Both the position numbers and the translations under genes were made by a program. From Narcine bancroftii (lineage: Eukaryota): 64,000 bases of DNA. The stretch lies in NCBI RefSeq assembly GCF_036971445.1, contig NC_091478.1:63302001-63366000 (forward strand), read 5' to 3'. The notes beneath the pieces were generated by a model, which saw only the letters and a list, made by a program, of their open reading frames with translations, was not told the DNA's origin and made no database searches. Every line of letters starts with the position of its first letter. The first letter of the stretch is position 1. Shown here in pieces: positions 25,691 through 39,085 of the stretch.

Positions 25691-27068
25691 GTAAGAACTT
25701 TATATGGTTCCCATAATTATGTTGATAGAAAAGAGGTCTGTGCACTCACTAAGAATGGATTAGAACTCGCCAAGTTTGATTTGACTGACTGTCGACAATA
25801 CCAATGTAAATCATGCCTCAAAATACAATTATTCCTTTTTCCCATTTGAATTATTCGCTGCACTAATAATTTTTGAGCATCTTCTTATTCAAGAATGATG
25901 CACTCGTGATAAAGAGGGCGGACATTGAGCCTCGAGAAACCAAGCCTTCGTTTTCTCCTTAGAGGGATCCCTGAGCCGGCTGTCAATTGAGATGTGTCGG
26001 GAGGTTCAGGCGAGTTTGGTACGGCATGGGTAGATTAGGTCTAATACGTCGAAATGGCACGTTGCGATATTAGTATTCTAAATATTCAGTACCAAAGTGT
26101 GCATTTTTTAGTTTACCTAGTCTATGAACTAGATTTTTTTTTAATGGCAGTGCTGCCGGAGTTGCAGCAACCCTGCGGACGCTGTCGACCCAGCGCTGCT
26201 CTGCAGGGTCCAACCGCCCGGTATAGAAGCTTTAAATGACCTTCTAAAGGAGCCCACGGTGTTGTTATTTCCAATCAAGCAAATGCAGCGTCTGAGCCCT
26301 GGATGGCGGCGCCTATGCTCGGCAGCGGCCACAAGGGGTTACAGACACCGGGAGAGCAGCGGGCGGGTGCAGTTCACCAGAAATGGGGAGAACACCCCTT
26401 CCCCTTCTCCCCTTCAAGAATGAGAGGAGGAGACAACTCTGTAGGACCGATCAGCGGTTGAAGGATCTGCAGGACGGTGACTGTGGCAGCAGGCAAGTGA
26501 GGGGCTCAGAGGCCCACGCAGGCTGCAGGTGGTCAGCGACGCGGTCGAAAGACTCACGGAACTAGAATTCGAGGGTGGGGGGGGGAGGGCTCAGGTGCTC
26601 AGATCTGTAGCTGGGATTGCCAATGGATCTGTGCGGATGGAGTCTCTGAATGGACTTGTTTTCTACTTTCTTACTCTTACTGTACTTGTACTGGGCGCCA
26701 CACAATACGAATGGCACCTGTCTATCTTGCGGGAGCAGGAGGAAATTTGATGTAATATAAGATTTTTTTGTATTATTAGATGACAGTAAAATCGACTTGA
26801 AATCTTGAAATTATAGAGCTGCTGGCTCTCAGTTGGTCACCGGCTCCAAATTCTCCAAATGCATATTCTCCAAATGCTCTTCATTTTACCCCATCTCAAA
26901 GACATGCAGATTTGAGGGTTGTAAAATATACTTAATGTTCACGGAAGTGTTAAAATTTGGGGGAACATAGAGGTAACTGGCAATCAATGTTCCCTCTAAT
27001 CAATCTTATGTTGTACAATTTTTTTCCCCTGTGACATGTGTTATGTAGGGCTCACGCTCATCCCGCTC

Positions 27069-27278
27069 TGTGATGATATGTATATACTGTGGTTGGCCCG
27101 CCCACTGATGACTCGACCACCCCTTGTAACCCCTTCCCCTATGACCTGGCCATAAAGGTCGACCTCCCAGCCCCCTTCCATTCATTCCAGCAAATTGAGT
27201 TGGGCCAGCTGAAATCTAATGTGTATTAAAGCCGATCGTTCCTCACTCAATCTTTAGAGTTATTGATAAAGCGGATCG
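27069..27278 (+). mobile_element. Short solo LTR (Gypsy-like)
   Basis: TG start, CATAAA and ATTAAA signals, cGCTC/cACTC flanks as a possible degenerate TSD. Confidence 0.45.
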
Positions 27279-27559
27279 CACTCCTTCCCAGCAGTTTCAC
27301 AAGCATCTTTTATCTGCATTCCAATTCTGACTAAGAGACTTTAACTTTAAACATTAACTCTCTTCCAATGGATGTGATCTGAGCTGCTGAATTTTTCCAG
27401 CATTTCTAATTTTATTCTGTATTTCTGGCATCTTTTTTTAAGTACTTTGGAATGAATTTCACATTCCTTTCGATTCTACCACAAGGTCAGGTACCCAGGT
27501 GTTCCTGTCCATTTTGCAGTATTTTTCCCTTGGTGGTTCTCAGACCGCTTCTCATGTGG

Positions 27560-28020
27560 AAAAGAGCGCATCTAAACAATATTGGTCGTCTCCGTATAGA
27601 AGGAATATGATAACTCTAGAGATGGTGCCGAGGAGATTCACCAAGATGTGTCCTAGGCTGAAACATTTCAGTTATGGGGACAGAGTGGGTGCGCTGCCTT
27701 GGTTTTCACTGGAGTAGAGTCGGCGTATAAGAAATGATTATGGACATAGATGGGGTAGATATGACTAATCCTCTCCCACGGATCCGTTCACAGAGGCACA
27801 GTTTAAGATAAAGTGTAAGAGGCTTAAGGCTATATCAGAATGCTTTCTTTTCACTCAGTGGGTGATTCACGTTTGGTCTGCTCTGCTTGGAGTGGGGTGG
27901 GGACATGAAGTAAGAAGGAAAGAGAAAGGGGGAACTCTTACAGAGCTTCAGATGTGTCAAGATAAATGCTTGAATTTCAATAGCATAGATAAGTATGGAT
28001 CAAGTGCTGGTAAATGAAAT
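27560..28020 (+). mobile_element. CR1 3' end remnant
   Basis: WSSPYRRNMITLEMVPRRFTKM is the CR1 ORF2 C-terminal motif. Confidence 0.65.
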
Positions 28021-28066
28021 GAGGATGGGATGGCAGAAAGGCCTCTTTCTATAACATTATAATTCT

Positions 28067-28831
28067 TGCAAGGATCGACAACGAGATGGACAACAGACTC
28101 TCCAAGGCAAATAGCACCTTTGGAAGACTACACAAAAGAGTCTGGAAAAACAACCAACTGAAAAACCTCACAAAGATTAGCGTATACAGAGCCGTTGTCA
28201 TACCCACACTCCTGTTTGGCTCCGAATCATGGGTCCTCTACCGGCATCACCTGCGGCTCCTAGAACGCTTCCACCAGCATTGTCTCTGCTCCATCCTCAA
28301 AATTAATTGGAGCGACTTCATCCCTAACATCGAAGTACTCGAGATGGCAGAGGCCGACAGCATCGAGTCTACGCTGCTGAAGATCCAGCTGCGCTGGGTG
28401 GGTCACATCTCCAAAATGGAGGACCATCGCCTTCCCAAGATCGTGTTATATGGCGAGCTCTCCACTGGCCACCGTGACAGAGGTGCACCAAAGAAGAGGT
28501 ACAAGGACTGCCTAAAGAAATCTCTTGGTGCCTGCCACATTGACCACCGCCAATGGGCTGATATCGCCTCAAACCGTGCATCTTGGCGCCTCACAGTTCG
28601 GCGGGCAGCAACCTCCTTTGAAGAAGACCGCAGAGCCCACCTCACTGACAAAAGACAAAGGAGGAAAAACCCAACACCCAACCCCAACCAACCAATTTTC
28701 CCCTGCAACCGCTGCAACCGTGTCTGCCTGTCCCGCATCTGACTTGTCAGCCACAATCGAGCCTGCAGCTGACGTGGACTTTTGCCCCCTCCATAAATCT
28801 TCGTCCGCGAAGCCAAGCCAAAGAAAGAAAG
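28067..28831 (+). mobile_element. 5'-truncated young RTE LINE
   Basis: ORF 28086..28742 (LRWVGHISKMEDHRLPK, RGAPKKRYKD). 3' tail CATAAATCTTCGTCCGCGAAGCCAAGCCAAAGAAAG; TSD ATAATTCT. Confidence 0.9.
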
Positions 28832-29110
28832 ATAATTCTGTTGAGATCATGGGTCAAGTCAACATAGGAACTAATATTCGGCATGTTTCCTTTGAGTTGC
28901 TTGAGGTTGTAACTAAGAAAGTAGATCAGGACAAACGTTGAAGGTTTCTGATAGGGCAACAAGCAAAAAATTATCAAACACAAATAGAGAACATTGCAAG
29001 ATTGATAATAAACTGGTGTGAATTCAGAACTGGTTAATAAACAGTCAGCAAAGATTGTAAAAAGCAGATCATTTTCAGGTTTCGCCACTGTAGTTTCTGT
29101 GATATTACAG

Positions 29111-29624
29111 CAGGGGTGGCCAAACTGCCGCTGACGGGCCAACTGTGCACGGTTGCCCGTTTTAAGTGGCCGGTTACCACAGGCTACCGTTGTTTCAACA
29201 CTAGATGTGGCTGCTCCTTTGAACAACTACGAGACCGACGTATGCAATGTTGCCCATCGATGAAAACGATGAAAAATCCTCTTTATTTTTTTTTAAAAAG
29301 CACATTCGCCTCAGTTAATTAAACAAGGTGGAACTGAAAAGATTGAAAATTGAAAATAGCAAGGGAGCGTTGAAACTTTCCGACAGGTTGGGAAAATTAA
29401 TACTTTTTCACGGAAGTTAAGGGAAGTGTGTTTGTTTGATTTGCAAGACGTCTGTTAATTTTAATAGAGTTTAACTTTAATAGAGTTTAACTTTAAACTT
29501 GAGATTTACACATTGTATCATAATCATTAGGGTGGACACTTGGGCCATGGACTATATTCACTGAAAACTACCGGACTTATTATTTATTATTTGTCCCACA
29601 GTCAAAAAGGTCTGGCCACCCCTG
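29111..29624. mobile_element. hAT-type non-autonomous DNA transposon (MITE)
   Basis: 15-bp TIRs CAGGGGTGGCCAAAC / GTCTGGCCACCCCTG with one mismatch; 8-bp TSD not conserved. Confidence 0.7.
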
Positions 29625-31300
29625 CCTAATAGGGATAATTGCAAGTTCACAATCGATAAGGACGAGGGAATCCAAGAGAAAATACTTCCGTGGAAAGTGT
29701 GTAATCATTAATTTAAACTGGAAAAAGTAGAAACTTCTCATTTACAGATTGGCGCAACCTTAAAATACAGAGGAAATGGAAGTTGTTACTGTTCAAAGGG
29801 ACCTATGTGTTTCTGTTTCTCAAATCTCCTAGCACACGGGAAGGGGGCACTTTTGGCATTTCACAAAGCAACCCCTTTGTCCGAGAATTTTCCATGTTAT
29901 TTATTTTCCCAACATTTTAATCGGATCTCCCCAGATTCTACAAGCCATCTGCACACTGGGACAATATTCAGAGGCCGATTAAACTGCCAATGCAGCTTTG
30001 GGATGAGAAGGAAGCCGGAGCTTCCGGGGGGAGATCCACCAAATCACAGCAGAACCCCAGAGTGCTCTTCTAGTCAGGACTGCCAGTCCCTAATTACCTT
30101 GGAGAGACCACTACCTTAAACCGGTGCAATCGGTCTGGTGCAGGAATTTCTAAGATATGGTGCTGAGTATACATCTTAAATTCTTGCGGACAGCCACATT
30201 CACTAAATCTTACTAATCCCAACCCTATAAATATGCACGATTCAAATCAAGTACTCAGTCTGCTACTGGCATGTATTGGGAGAGGGCAACTTCACAATTC
30301 AACCAGTTCTTAGGAGATGTCCCCTCACAAAATGTGCAGTAGCCTCTCATCAAGTTTCTGCAGATGTTGCCAAAACATTCTCACGGTTCAATATAATACA
30401 TACAATTTCATATTATAAATGTCCCGACTCAACCGTTTCTTTCAAGGTTTCCACGTGTCCGTGTGAATTACGTTCAGTGTCTGATTAAATGTCACAATGC
30501 GCCATTCGCCGCCCAAGTTATCTCATCTCAATCAGCCGAGTCTTCTGCAGAAAGTCTCCCTTCTTCCAAACATTAAACTGGTGACGAGTCCATTATATCA
30601 TATTTCCAGGGTTTAGATTTGCGGTGCTGGTCATGGTCCCAGGAGAAAATATAACACCGAGCATAACCTCAGGGTCAAGTCTATTCAACCAGACCCTTCT
30701 GTGAGGTTTAATTATCCCTGATAAATAACAGTGAGATTTGCATTCATCACGCGTTTGTGGACCAGTAAGCATCAAATGTTGACATCTACAGGCTCCAAAA
30801 AGGCATCAGGAATAACCCACTTGGCGCTTCACCAACAGTGATTTTTGTAGTTCAGCCCCCATTCCTCAACTGAACTGAGATTATGAGCCAAAAATCAGAT
30901 CAGGGTTAAAAATTCGACTTATCTGACAAATCGAGATCTTGTGCGGGGAGAGGATTCCAGATTCTACAAAGGCTCATGGTTTTGATGTTGAATGGTTGAT
31001 CCTAAGTCTGTTGTAGTGATAAATAATGTAGTTCGTTTATCGACTATAATGCCTTGCAGGATAATATAGATTGGTTATCGATTGTTATGGCTGGCATGTT
31101 GCACAGGACCATGAAGGAATGGTGGAATAAAGACTGAGCATATTTGAACTCAACCTCAGAGTCCTGACTTTATTTGACCTCAGGATTTGACAATGTCCCT
31201 TTCTTCTACCTCCCACGTCACAAAAAAACCTTCCGCTTAAATACTAGAGAGCAACTTTTTAGTGTAATGGTATTTACGGAGTACTGCAGACCATTGCCAC

Positions 31301-32304
31301 TGTAATGGATAAATATTGGGAGGAATTTGGTAAAATTAGAGTAGGTTACACATTTTAAAACAGATCTTATTTGAAAGACTGAAGAATTCATATTCAGTAA
31401 CATTTCGGGATCTTTGGAGATATTTATGCACATTTCACAAGTAGGTGCTAATTGAATAGACCATTGTTTGGAATTGGAGACAGGCTGGATGGTTGGATAA
31501 CTACAAGGCTTCTGACCTTTCTGCAAAGTGTTCACAGAAGGGTCACTCCTTGGTTTTGTTTACCTAAGACAACAGCTTGACCAAGAGAGGAGAACTGCTG
31601 TGGTTTGCTGAAGAAGATGGGGGTTTTTACAAGTGAGAGAGTCACATGGGCTTCCTGACAGTTGACAGTTGGAGTAAGAGAGAGATATGAGACAAGTTCA
31701 AGAAGCTCTCTCAGCTACTGTGTGTGACACTGAAAGCAGCTGAACGTGCAAGCCAGAAAAAGCTGGTTGGAAACAGAAAGTTCCGGAGAGGCGGATGGCT
31801 GAAAGTACTATTTGTCTGATGTTTCTCTTGGAATAATAGGGACAGAAAGGAACTCTGTGGTGGCCTGAAAGAAACAGGTTACCATTTGGAGAACCCTGAT
31901 GGGGCAAGTTTCATCAGCAAGACATTGAGATGACTAATGGTGGTACCTCAGTTGTGGAAATTCTGGAACAACAAATCTCTCTCTGCAAATCCTACAATAA
32001 CCTTCCTGAGCAGTAAACATTTATCTTTCGAGCACCAAAGCCTGTATCCAGAGAACATGGAAGAAGGAGAAGTGAGATTGAACTGTGACCCAAAGAACTT
32101 TTCTTAAATTTACACACACATTACATAAACGTGCACTTAGAATTAGAAGGGGGTTAATTTGGGTTAGTTAAGTATAGAGATAAGCTAAAGTTTGATTCTA
32201 TTTTCATGTTTAAAGTTGATTAAAAACAACTTTTGTGTAAGTAAATACTTGTCTTGGTGAATGTCTATTGCTGCTGGGTTTTGGGGTCCTTTGGGCTTGT
32301 AACA
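31301..32304. mobile_element. Solo LTR (about 1 kb)
   Basis: TGT...ACA termini, 4-bp TSD CCAC on both sides; related copy at 56329-57053. Confidence 0.8.
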
Positions 32305-34437
32305 CCACCTGCAGCTGAGTTGCTCCCCATTGTGAAGGATAGGGAACACGACATCAGTGACATGCAGTACGTTTGCAGATAACATGAATGTTAATGGCAC
32401 AGAGGACAATGAGGAATGGTACCTGACATTACGAAGTGATCTTGATCAATTGAGTCAGCAAGATGAGCAATGGCAGATGGTGTATAATTGGGATAAGTGC
32501 AAAGGGTTGCATTTTGGTGATTCAAATCAGTGTGGGACTTGCATTGGTCGTAAATATTCGGAAACCTGGGGAGAGTTGCAGGACAGAGATATTAATGAGG
32601 TAAGGTTCTTTCTGGTTTAGTTTGGTGTTGAATGATACATCAAATACATTAACACATAAATACAACTTGGTTGATCCACCATGCAGATGGACATTGCATA
32701 GCCTAATGCTGATGGGATCATTTTTGCCGCTGTCGTGGTTTGTCCAATGCCAAGAATGACCAGGAGATGCAGAAGATTCTTCAAGAAGTTTAAACTTTTA
32801 TTTGCAAACAAAAGCTGCGTCAATCAAAGAACTAGTCTCTGACTCCCTGCACAACACAGCGCATGGTCTTTTTATAAATATATATATTACAGTTGTGACT
32901 TAATTATATTTCTGAACCCAATCATTCATAACTACATATCTTAGCAGTATGTCATCCCTTGACTAGTCACAATTTTTTCCACCCATTAACCTAATCATGT
33001 TTTTAACCACGTGTTTCTTCATAACCTGCCACCTTCTACCTTATTCTTGATTCATTCACTGTGGCATAGTGTAGTAAATACATAATAAATTGTTTCTTTT
33101 GTAGCATAGTATAGTAGATATAATGAAGAATACTTAGTAAATATAGTACATAGTAAATTGTTACATAGTAATGGATTAATGAATACATAATAAATAGTAC
33201 ATTGTTCATGTGGTTTATTTTCTGTACTGCCAGGGAGATGACTGTTTTGAAATTGGTTAATGTTGGAATATTGGAGAATATAACCCCATGTCCTTGTATG
33301 TTCAGGGAGCTCCTGGAACCCCTACAGGAAATGATGGAATTCCCACTAAGCTTGTGTGTAATAAAACAGTACTCAGGAATCTAAAGTGTCTGAGCTCTTC
33401 ATTCCTTACGGTACATTTACTGAAGAATAGGCCACCACCCAGGACATGGACAAAGGGGGTCGAAAAGCCACCATCCACAAAATGCAGCATTATATGTACA
33501 TCATTTTTCAGAAATAGTAATGCAGGAGACAGGGTGGTGAAGAACACTTTTGGCATACTTGCCTTCATTCATCATAGATGGGAGGTAGGGCGGTGGAGAA
33601 CACTTTTGGCATACTTGCCTTCATTCGTCATAGATGGAGTTGGGTCTCATATTGTAAAGGATTTTGGTAAGGCTATATTTGGAGAACTTTGTGTAGTTCT
33701 GGTTGCCTTATTATAGGAAAGCCATCATTAAACTAGGAAGGGTGAGGAAAAAGATTCACAAGAAAGTGAAAGAAACTGAAGGGCTTGATTATAATGAGAG
33801 GCTGGATAGGCAGGGACTTTTTTCTCTGGAGTGTAGGTTAATCGAGTGTAAATTGGGTAGCACAGGCTCATGGGCCAAAATGGCTTGTTACAACGCTGTA
33901 TGTCTAAATTTTAAAAAAATTAATTGTTTTATTTTAGTTACGCAGATGCAAGATGTCAGAACCAAGACAATGCTGTTCTCAAAACTCATGTTTTGGTGAA
34001 CTCTGTAAATACAACTGATTACAGATCATGAACAGCCTGTAAAAATGGGAAGTGAAACAAAATAAGAAGGTTTGTGCCCATTGTTGGTTACAACAGGTCT
34101 TCTCGTTTAACAGAGCACCTGCTTTGCAAATTAATAAACTTTTGTTGAACTTGCATTATTTGTCATACACTATTTTTGCTCAAAGTCAACAACATGATGA
34201 GGAGTAGGACATTTGGCCCATCAAGCCTGCTGTATTATTCAATAAAACCATGAATGATCCAGCTCCACTTACCCACCCATTCCTCATAACCCCTACTCCC
34301 TGATTCTTGAAAAGCTTATCAATCTATGTCTTAAATGCTTTGGGTTCCTTGGGCAAATGATTCACGGGTCTCTTGGAAAAGCAGTTCATTCTGATCTCTG
34401 TCTTAAATATACTTCCCTGAAACTTGAGGCAATGTAA

Positions 34438-36056
34438 GTAGAAACTGATGCCTCAGATTGTGCCTTGGCAGGAACCCTTAATCAAAAGGGCAGACCTGTG
34501 GCATTCTTCTTCTGCACATTATGCAGACCTGAACTTAAACATCCTGCCATTGAAGAAGAAGCCCAGGCTATTATTGAAGCTGTTCACTACTGGAGACACT
34601 TTCTAGTTGGCAGAAAATTTACTCTTGTCACTGATCAGAAATGGATGCAGCACTCAAGACAGAGCGGCTGATAATCGACCAGTCTGCCCCGAGGGCCACA
34701 GAAATTTTCAACCACTGGATTGCTTGTTTCAATTACTACATGGCTTGAAACAATGTGGTCGATGAGGTGATACAGTGGGGCCACCTGAACTCTCTGCTGG
34801 GTGAGGTCCCTTTTGCCATAACGCAAAGAGCTACCATTCTGGCTATAGCCCAGGATCATCTGACTGCTTACTGTAATTGACAAATATTCCAGGTTTCACT
34901 TTGCGATACCCTGCCCTGACGCCTCATCAGGGTCTGTCATTAAATCACTTGACAGAATTTTCAGCATTTTTGGTTTTCCCAATTACATTCATACCGCTAA
35001 GGAGCTCAGCATTCATGAGCGCTGAACTGTGGTGAGCCCTGCTACAGAAGGGGATTGCCACGAGCCGTACCACGAGCTACAACCCATAAGGCAATGGGCA
35101 GGTCGAAAGGGCTAATCTTACACTCTGGAAGACTGTTAAAAACACATGGTTACCCTGTAACCCGGTGGCAGGAGGTGCTGCCTGAGGTGCTACATTCTAT
35201 TCAGTCATGATTGTGTACTACAACAAATCAAACACCTTTCCATGAAAATCAGGAACTGTGATGGACTGGCCAGGCTGTTCATCTGAGCCTGGAACCGTGC
35301 TGCTGAAGAGCCATGCTCGGGCGTGTAAAACAGACCCCCTAGTCCAACCAGTTCGGCCACTGCATATGCTCATGTTTAATTCCCAGATGTGAGTACTGAC
35401 ACTGAACCCCTAAAAGATCTGGCCTCGCCTGGTTTGCCCCTTCCTCACACCCCTACTCAGAGTGAGTCTGAGAGATTGTGCTCACCACCACCCCCCCCAA
35501 CCCCACCCCCAGCCTGTGACCCCTAGTAAGCTTTCAGATGGCCATGCTGAGGCTCCACTGCCTCACGCTGGTGATTCTGGTGCAGATTCAGAAGTCAGTC
35601 CTTCCCACACTACAGACGCAGGAACTGTACCAGTTCCCAAGGTTGCAAAGGAGCCGCCTGTTTTGAGAAAAAGCACCAGACTTCATAAACAACCTGATAG
35701 GCTGTCATATTCATAAAACATCTCATTATATTTAAATTGCTTTCTATATACTGGCATATTTTGGCTGTTAGAGTATTCTCAATGCCAAACATGGTATCGA
35801 TGTGACGCTTGCTTCAGTCTTTCCTAGCAGCTGGTCTTTTGATTTTAACCCTTCTTCTGTTGTGGGGGAGACTGTGGTGAATGCCTGCCAAGCTGCCTGT
35901 CTCCCCTCTGGTGAGCCTTGCTGTACTAACATTGGCTGTGCATTATCTCTACTGTTAAGGACACTCCCCATTATTGTACCATGAGTTTCTGCTAATAAAA
36001 GCCATGATTATTGTTTGACCACATTGTCTTTGTCTACTTCATCAACTGGCACTTCA
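34438..36056 (+). mobile_element. Gypsy LTR retrotransposon remnant: RNase H and integrase, PPT and 3' LTR (35873-36056)
   Basis: ETDASDCALAGTLNQKGRPVAFF and EAVHYWRHFL (RNase H); YNP*GNGQVER (integrase); GGGGGAGAC PPT; TG...CA LTR with AATAAA. Confidence 0.8.
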
Positions 36057-36059
36057 GTC

Positions 36060-36900
36060 ATTTAGTTTTCATGTCACCTGTCTGAAGAAAACAAGCTCCA
36101 TGCTTCTATCTTACAATTCACTTTTATAATTGTTGTCTCCATAAGATCCCCCACCCCATCCTTCTGAACTCCATTGAGTTTTGTGCCAGGCTACTCAATC
36201 TCCCCTCATACGATAACCCTTTTAATTGCATAATCAGGCTGGTGAGCTCTTCTGCATTGTCTCGAAAGCCAGTCCATGCTTTCACCAGAAATGCACACAG
36301 TAATCCAGGTGCGGCTTCACCAGTAATCGGTATAGTTGCAGCAGTACCTCCCTGGTCTTAAATTCAATCTCTTCATTAGCAATGAAGGCCATATTACCAT
36401 TTACCTTCTCGATGACCTTGACTACCAAACAGACCTTTCTGCAAATCGTTCACAATTACACCCAGGTCTCTCTGCACAACACCATGCTACAATTTTCACC
36501 ATTTAAGCTGTGGTCCTATCAGCTTTTTTTTTCCAATTTGGACAACCACATTCACTGACATTGTATTCCATCTCAGATATTTACCTATTCATTTAACCTC
36601 TGTATTTCTCTCTGCAGACTTTTGTTATCCTCTACACAACTTGCTTTTCTATTCATTTTGTTGTTTCATAACTCTGGGCTACATTCCATCTAGACTAAGG
36701 GACACATCGACCTTTAGGAACACTAATCTGCCCAGTCCAACCTCTTTAGTGATAGCCATTGTACAGAGGTCCTCACCTCCCATTGCCTTTAGAACATCAA
36801 ACTTTGTTGATTTCCCCATGTCTTCTGCTGTTAAGACTCACTCAAAAAAGTTGTTCAGACCATTGAACATTTCCACATCATCCACTATTAACCCTGCCTT
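36060..36900 (-). mobile_element. Degenerate CR1 fragment
   Basis: Reverse complement resembles the CR1 RT C-terminal region (LVKPHLDYCVHFW-like). Confidence 0.5.
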
Positions 36901-36937
36901 CTTATCTTTTTTTTGGTTTTATAAGAAATAAAATAAA

Positions 36938-37025
36938 ATGAAAAGTGAGGGAAAGTGAAAATACAATATCATATATATATATATATAAATATGATATTGT
37001 ATTTTCACTTTCCCTCGCTTTTCAT
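36938..37025. repeat. Near-perfect inverted repeat (about 37-bp arms) centred on (AT)n
   Basis: ATGAAAAGTGAGGGAAAGTGAAAATACAATATCATAT ... ATATGATATTGTATTTTCACTTTCCCTCGCTTTTCAT, one mismatch. Confidence 0.9.
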
Positions 37026-37377
37026 ATATATATATAAAGCTAGAACTTTAAACAGTATAAATGGTCCCCGCTCCACTGCAATGAGTGAAAATATTAAAAA
37101 TCCAAAGTTTTATATTAAAAAAAAGATAAAACTAACAAAAAACAGCTGAGCACTTTATGCTGAGGATTACATATATTTTGTAGCTTTTGGTTCCTCCTGT
37201 AAATCAAAAACCAAGGTAAGACTATATCTCATCTGGAAGAGTAAATGCATCTAATCACATAAGAAACATGTACATCATATGAAAATAAGACATAAAAGAT
37301 CACCATATATCTTTAAATTTCACTGATGAATCAAATATATGATATCTAATTTATTCTAAGTTTAGACTAAGCATAAC

Positions 37378-39085
37378 GAGGGAAAAGAATATTGAACCAG
37401 TTGAGGTAAAGAAAAATAGTGGGGAGGTCATGAAGCATATAAGGATAACCGAGGAGGTAGTGATGGCTATGTTGAAAGAGATAAAGGTGGATAAATCTCC
37501 GGGACCGGACAAAATATTCCAAAGGACACTCAGAGAGGCTAGTGGACAGGTAGTGGGGCCATTAACAGAGATATTTAGGATGTCACTGGCCAAGGGGGTA
37601 GTGCCAAAGGATTGGAGGGTGGTGCATGTGGTTCCACTGTTTAAGAAAGGGTCTAAATGTAAACCTGGGAATTATAGGCCTCTGAGTCTGACATCTGTGG
37701 TGGGCAAGTTGATGGAAAGTGTTCTGAGGGATGGTATTTACAAATATTTGAAGGTACAGGGATTGCTAGGGAGTAATCAGCATGGTTTTGTCAGGGGTAG
37801 ATCATGCTTGACAAACCTGATTGAGTTTTTTGAGGAGGTTACAAAAAAGGTTGATGAAGGGAAAGCTGTGGATGTTGTCTATTTAGACTTTAGTAAAGCT
37901 TTTGACAAAGTTCCCCACAGGAGTTTAGGAAAAAAGGTGGAGGCATTAGGTATAAATGAGGAGGTAGTGAAATGGATTCAGCAATGGTTGGATGGGAGGT
38001 GTCAGAGAGTAGTGGTAGAAAATTGTTTGCCTAATTGGAGGCCGGTGACTAGTGGAGTTCCTCAGGGATCAGTCCTTGGTCCACTATTGTTTGTTATATA
38101 TATTAATGATCTGGAAGTAGGGATGGAGAATTGGATAAGCAAGTTTGCGGATGATACAAAGATTGGTGGTGTTGTGGACAGTGAGGAAGATTACCGTAGA
38201 TTAAAAGGTTATTTAGGAAGGCTGGAGGTGTGGGCTGAGAAATGGCTGATGGAATTTAATACAGATAAGTGTGAGGTGTTACATTTTGGAAAGGCAAATC
38301 TAAATAGGTCATATGCATTAAATGGTAGGCTATTGAGATGTGCAGAGCAACAAAGGGATTTAGGAGTTGTGGTAAATAGTACCTTCAAGGCTGATACTCA
38401 GGTAGATGGTGTGGTGAAGAAGGCATTTGGAATGTTGGCCTTCATAAATTGGAGTATTGAATTCAAGAGTAGTGAGGTTATGATGAAATTGTACAAGGCA
38501 TTGGTGAGGCCAAATTTGGAGTACTGTGTACAGTTTTGGTCACCAAATTATAGGAAAGATATAAACAAAATAGAGAGAGTGCAGAGGAGGTTCACGAGAA
38601 TGTTGACAGGATTTCATGGTTTGAGTTACAGGGAAAGGTTGTGCAGACTGGGGCTTTTTTCTCTGGAGCGTAGAAGATTGAGAGGGGACTTGATAGAGGT
38701 GTTTAAGATTTTAAAAGGGACAGACAGAGTAAACGTGGGGGAGATTCAAACTAGAGGGCATGGTTTAAGATTGAAGGGCGAAAATTATAAGGGGAACATG
38801 AGGGGAAATTTCTTTACGCAAAGGGTGGTAGGGATGCGGAATGAGTTTCCGACAGACGTGGTCGAGGCGGGATCATTGGTTACATTTAAGGAAAGACTGG
38901 ATAGTTACATGGATAGGAGAGGACTGGAGGGGTATGGATCGGGTGCTGATCAGTGGGACTAGGAAGGTGGGGATTTGTTACAGCATGGACTAGTAGGGCC
39001 AAACTGGGCTGTTCTGTGCTGTAAGTGGTTATATGGTTATATATGGTCATAAATCTTCGTCCGCGAAGCCAAGCCAAAGATGGTT
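37378..39085 (+). mobile_element. 5'-truncated young CR1 LINE with an open RT frame
   Basis: ORF 37430..38962, 510 aa (LDFSKAFDKVPH, GVPQGSVLGP, FADDTK); (ATATGGTT)n tail; TSD ATAAC. Confidence 0.92.

Noticed and set aside
29748-30490. Possible cytoplasmic exons of gene A (acceptor-like sites near 29747 and 30447)
   Set aside because: No similarity to gene B's cytoplasmic exon, and no convincing donor or tyrosine motif.
32621-33515. Possible LTR/ERV-like insertion within a CR1 remnant
   Set aside because: Minus-strand TATA and AATAAA are present, but I could not define termini or a TSD.
33535-33640. Tandem duplication of about 40 bp as a CRISPR-like array
   Set aside because: Only two copies, inside a CR1 remnant in a eukaryotic genome; a simple local duplication.
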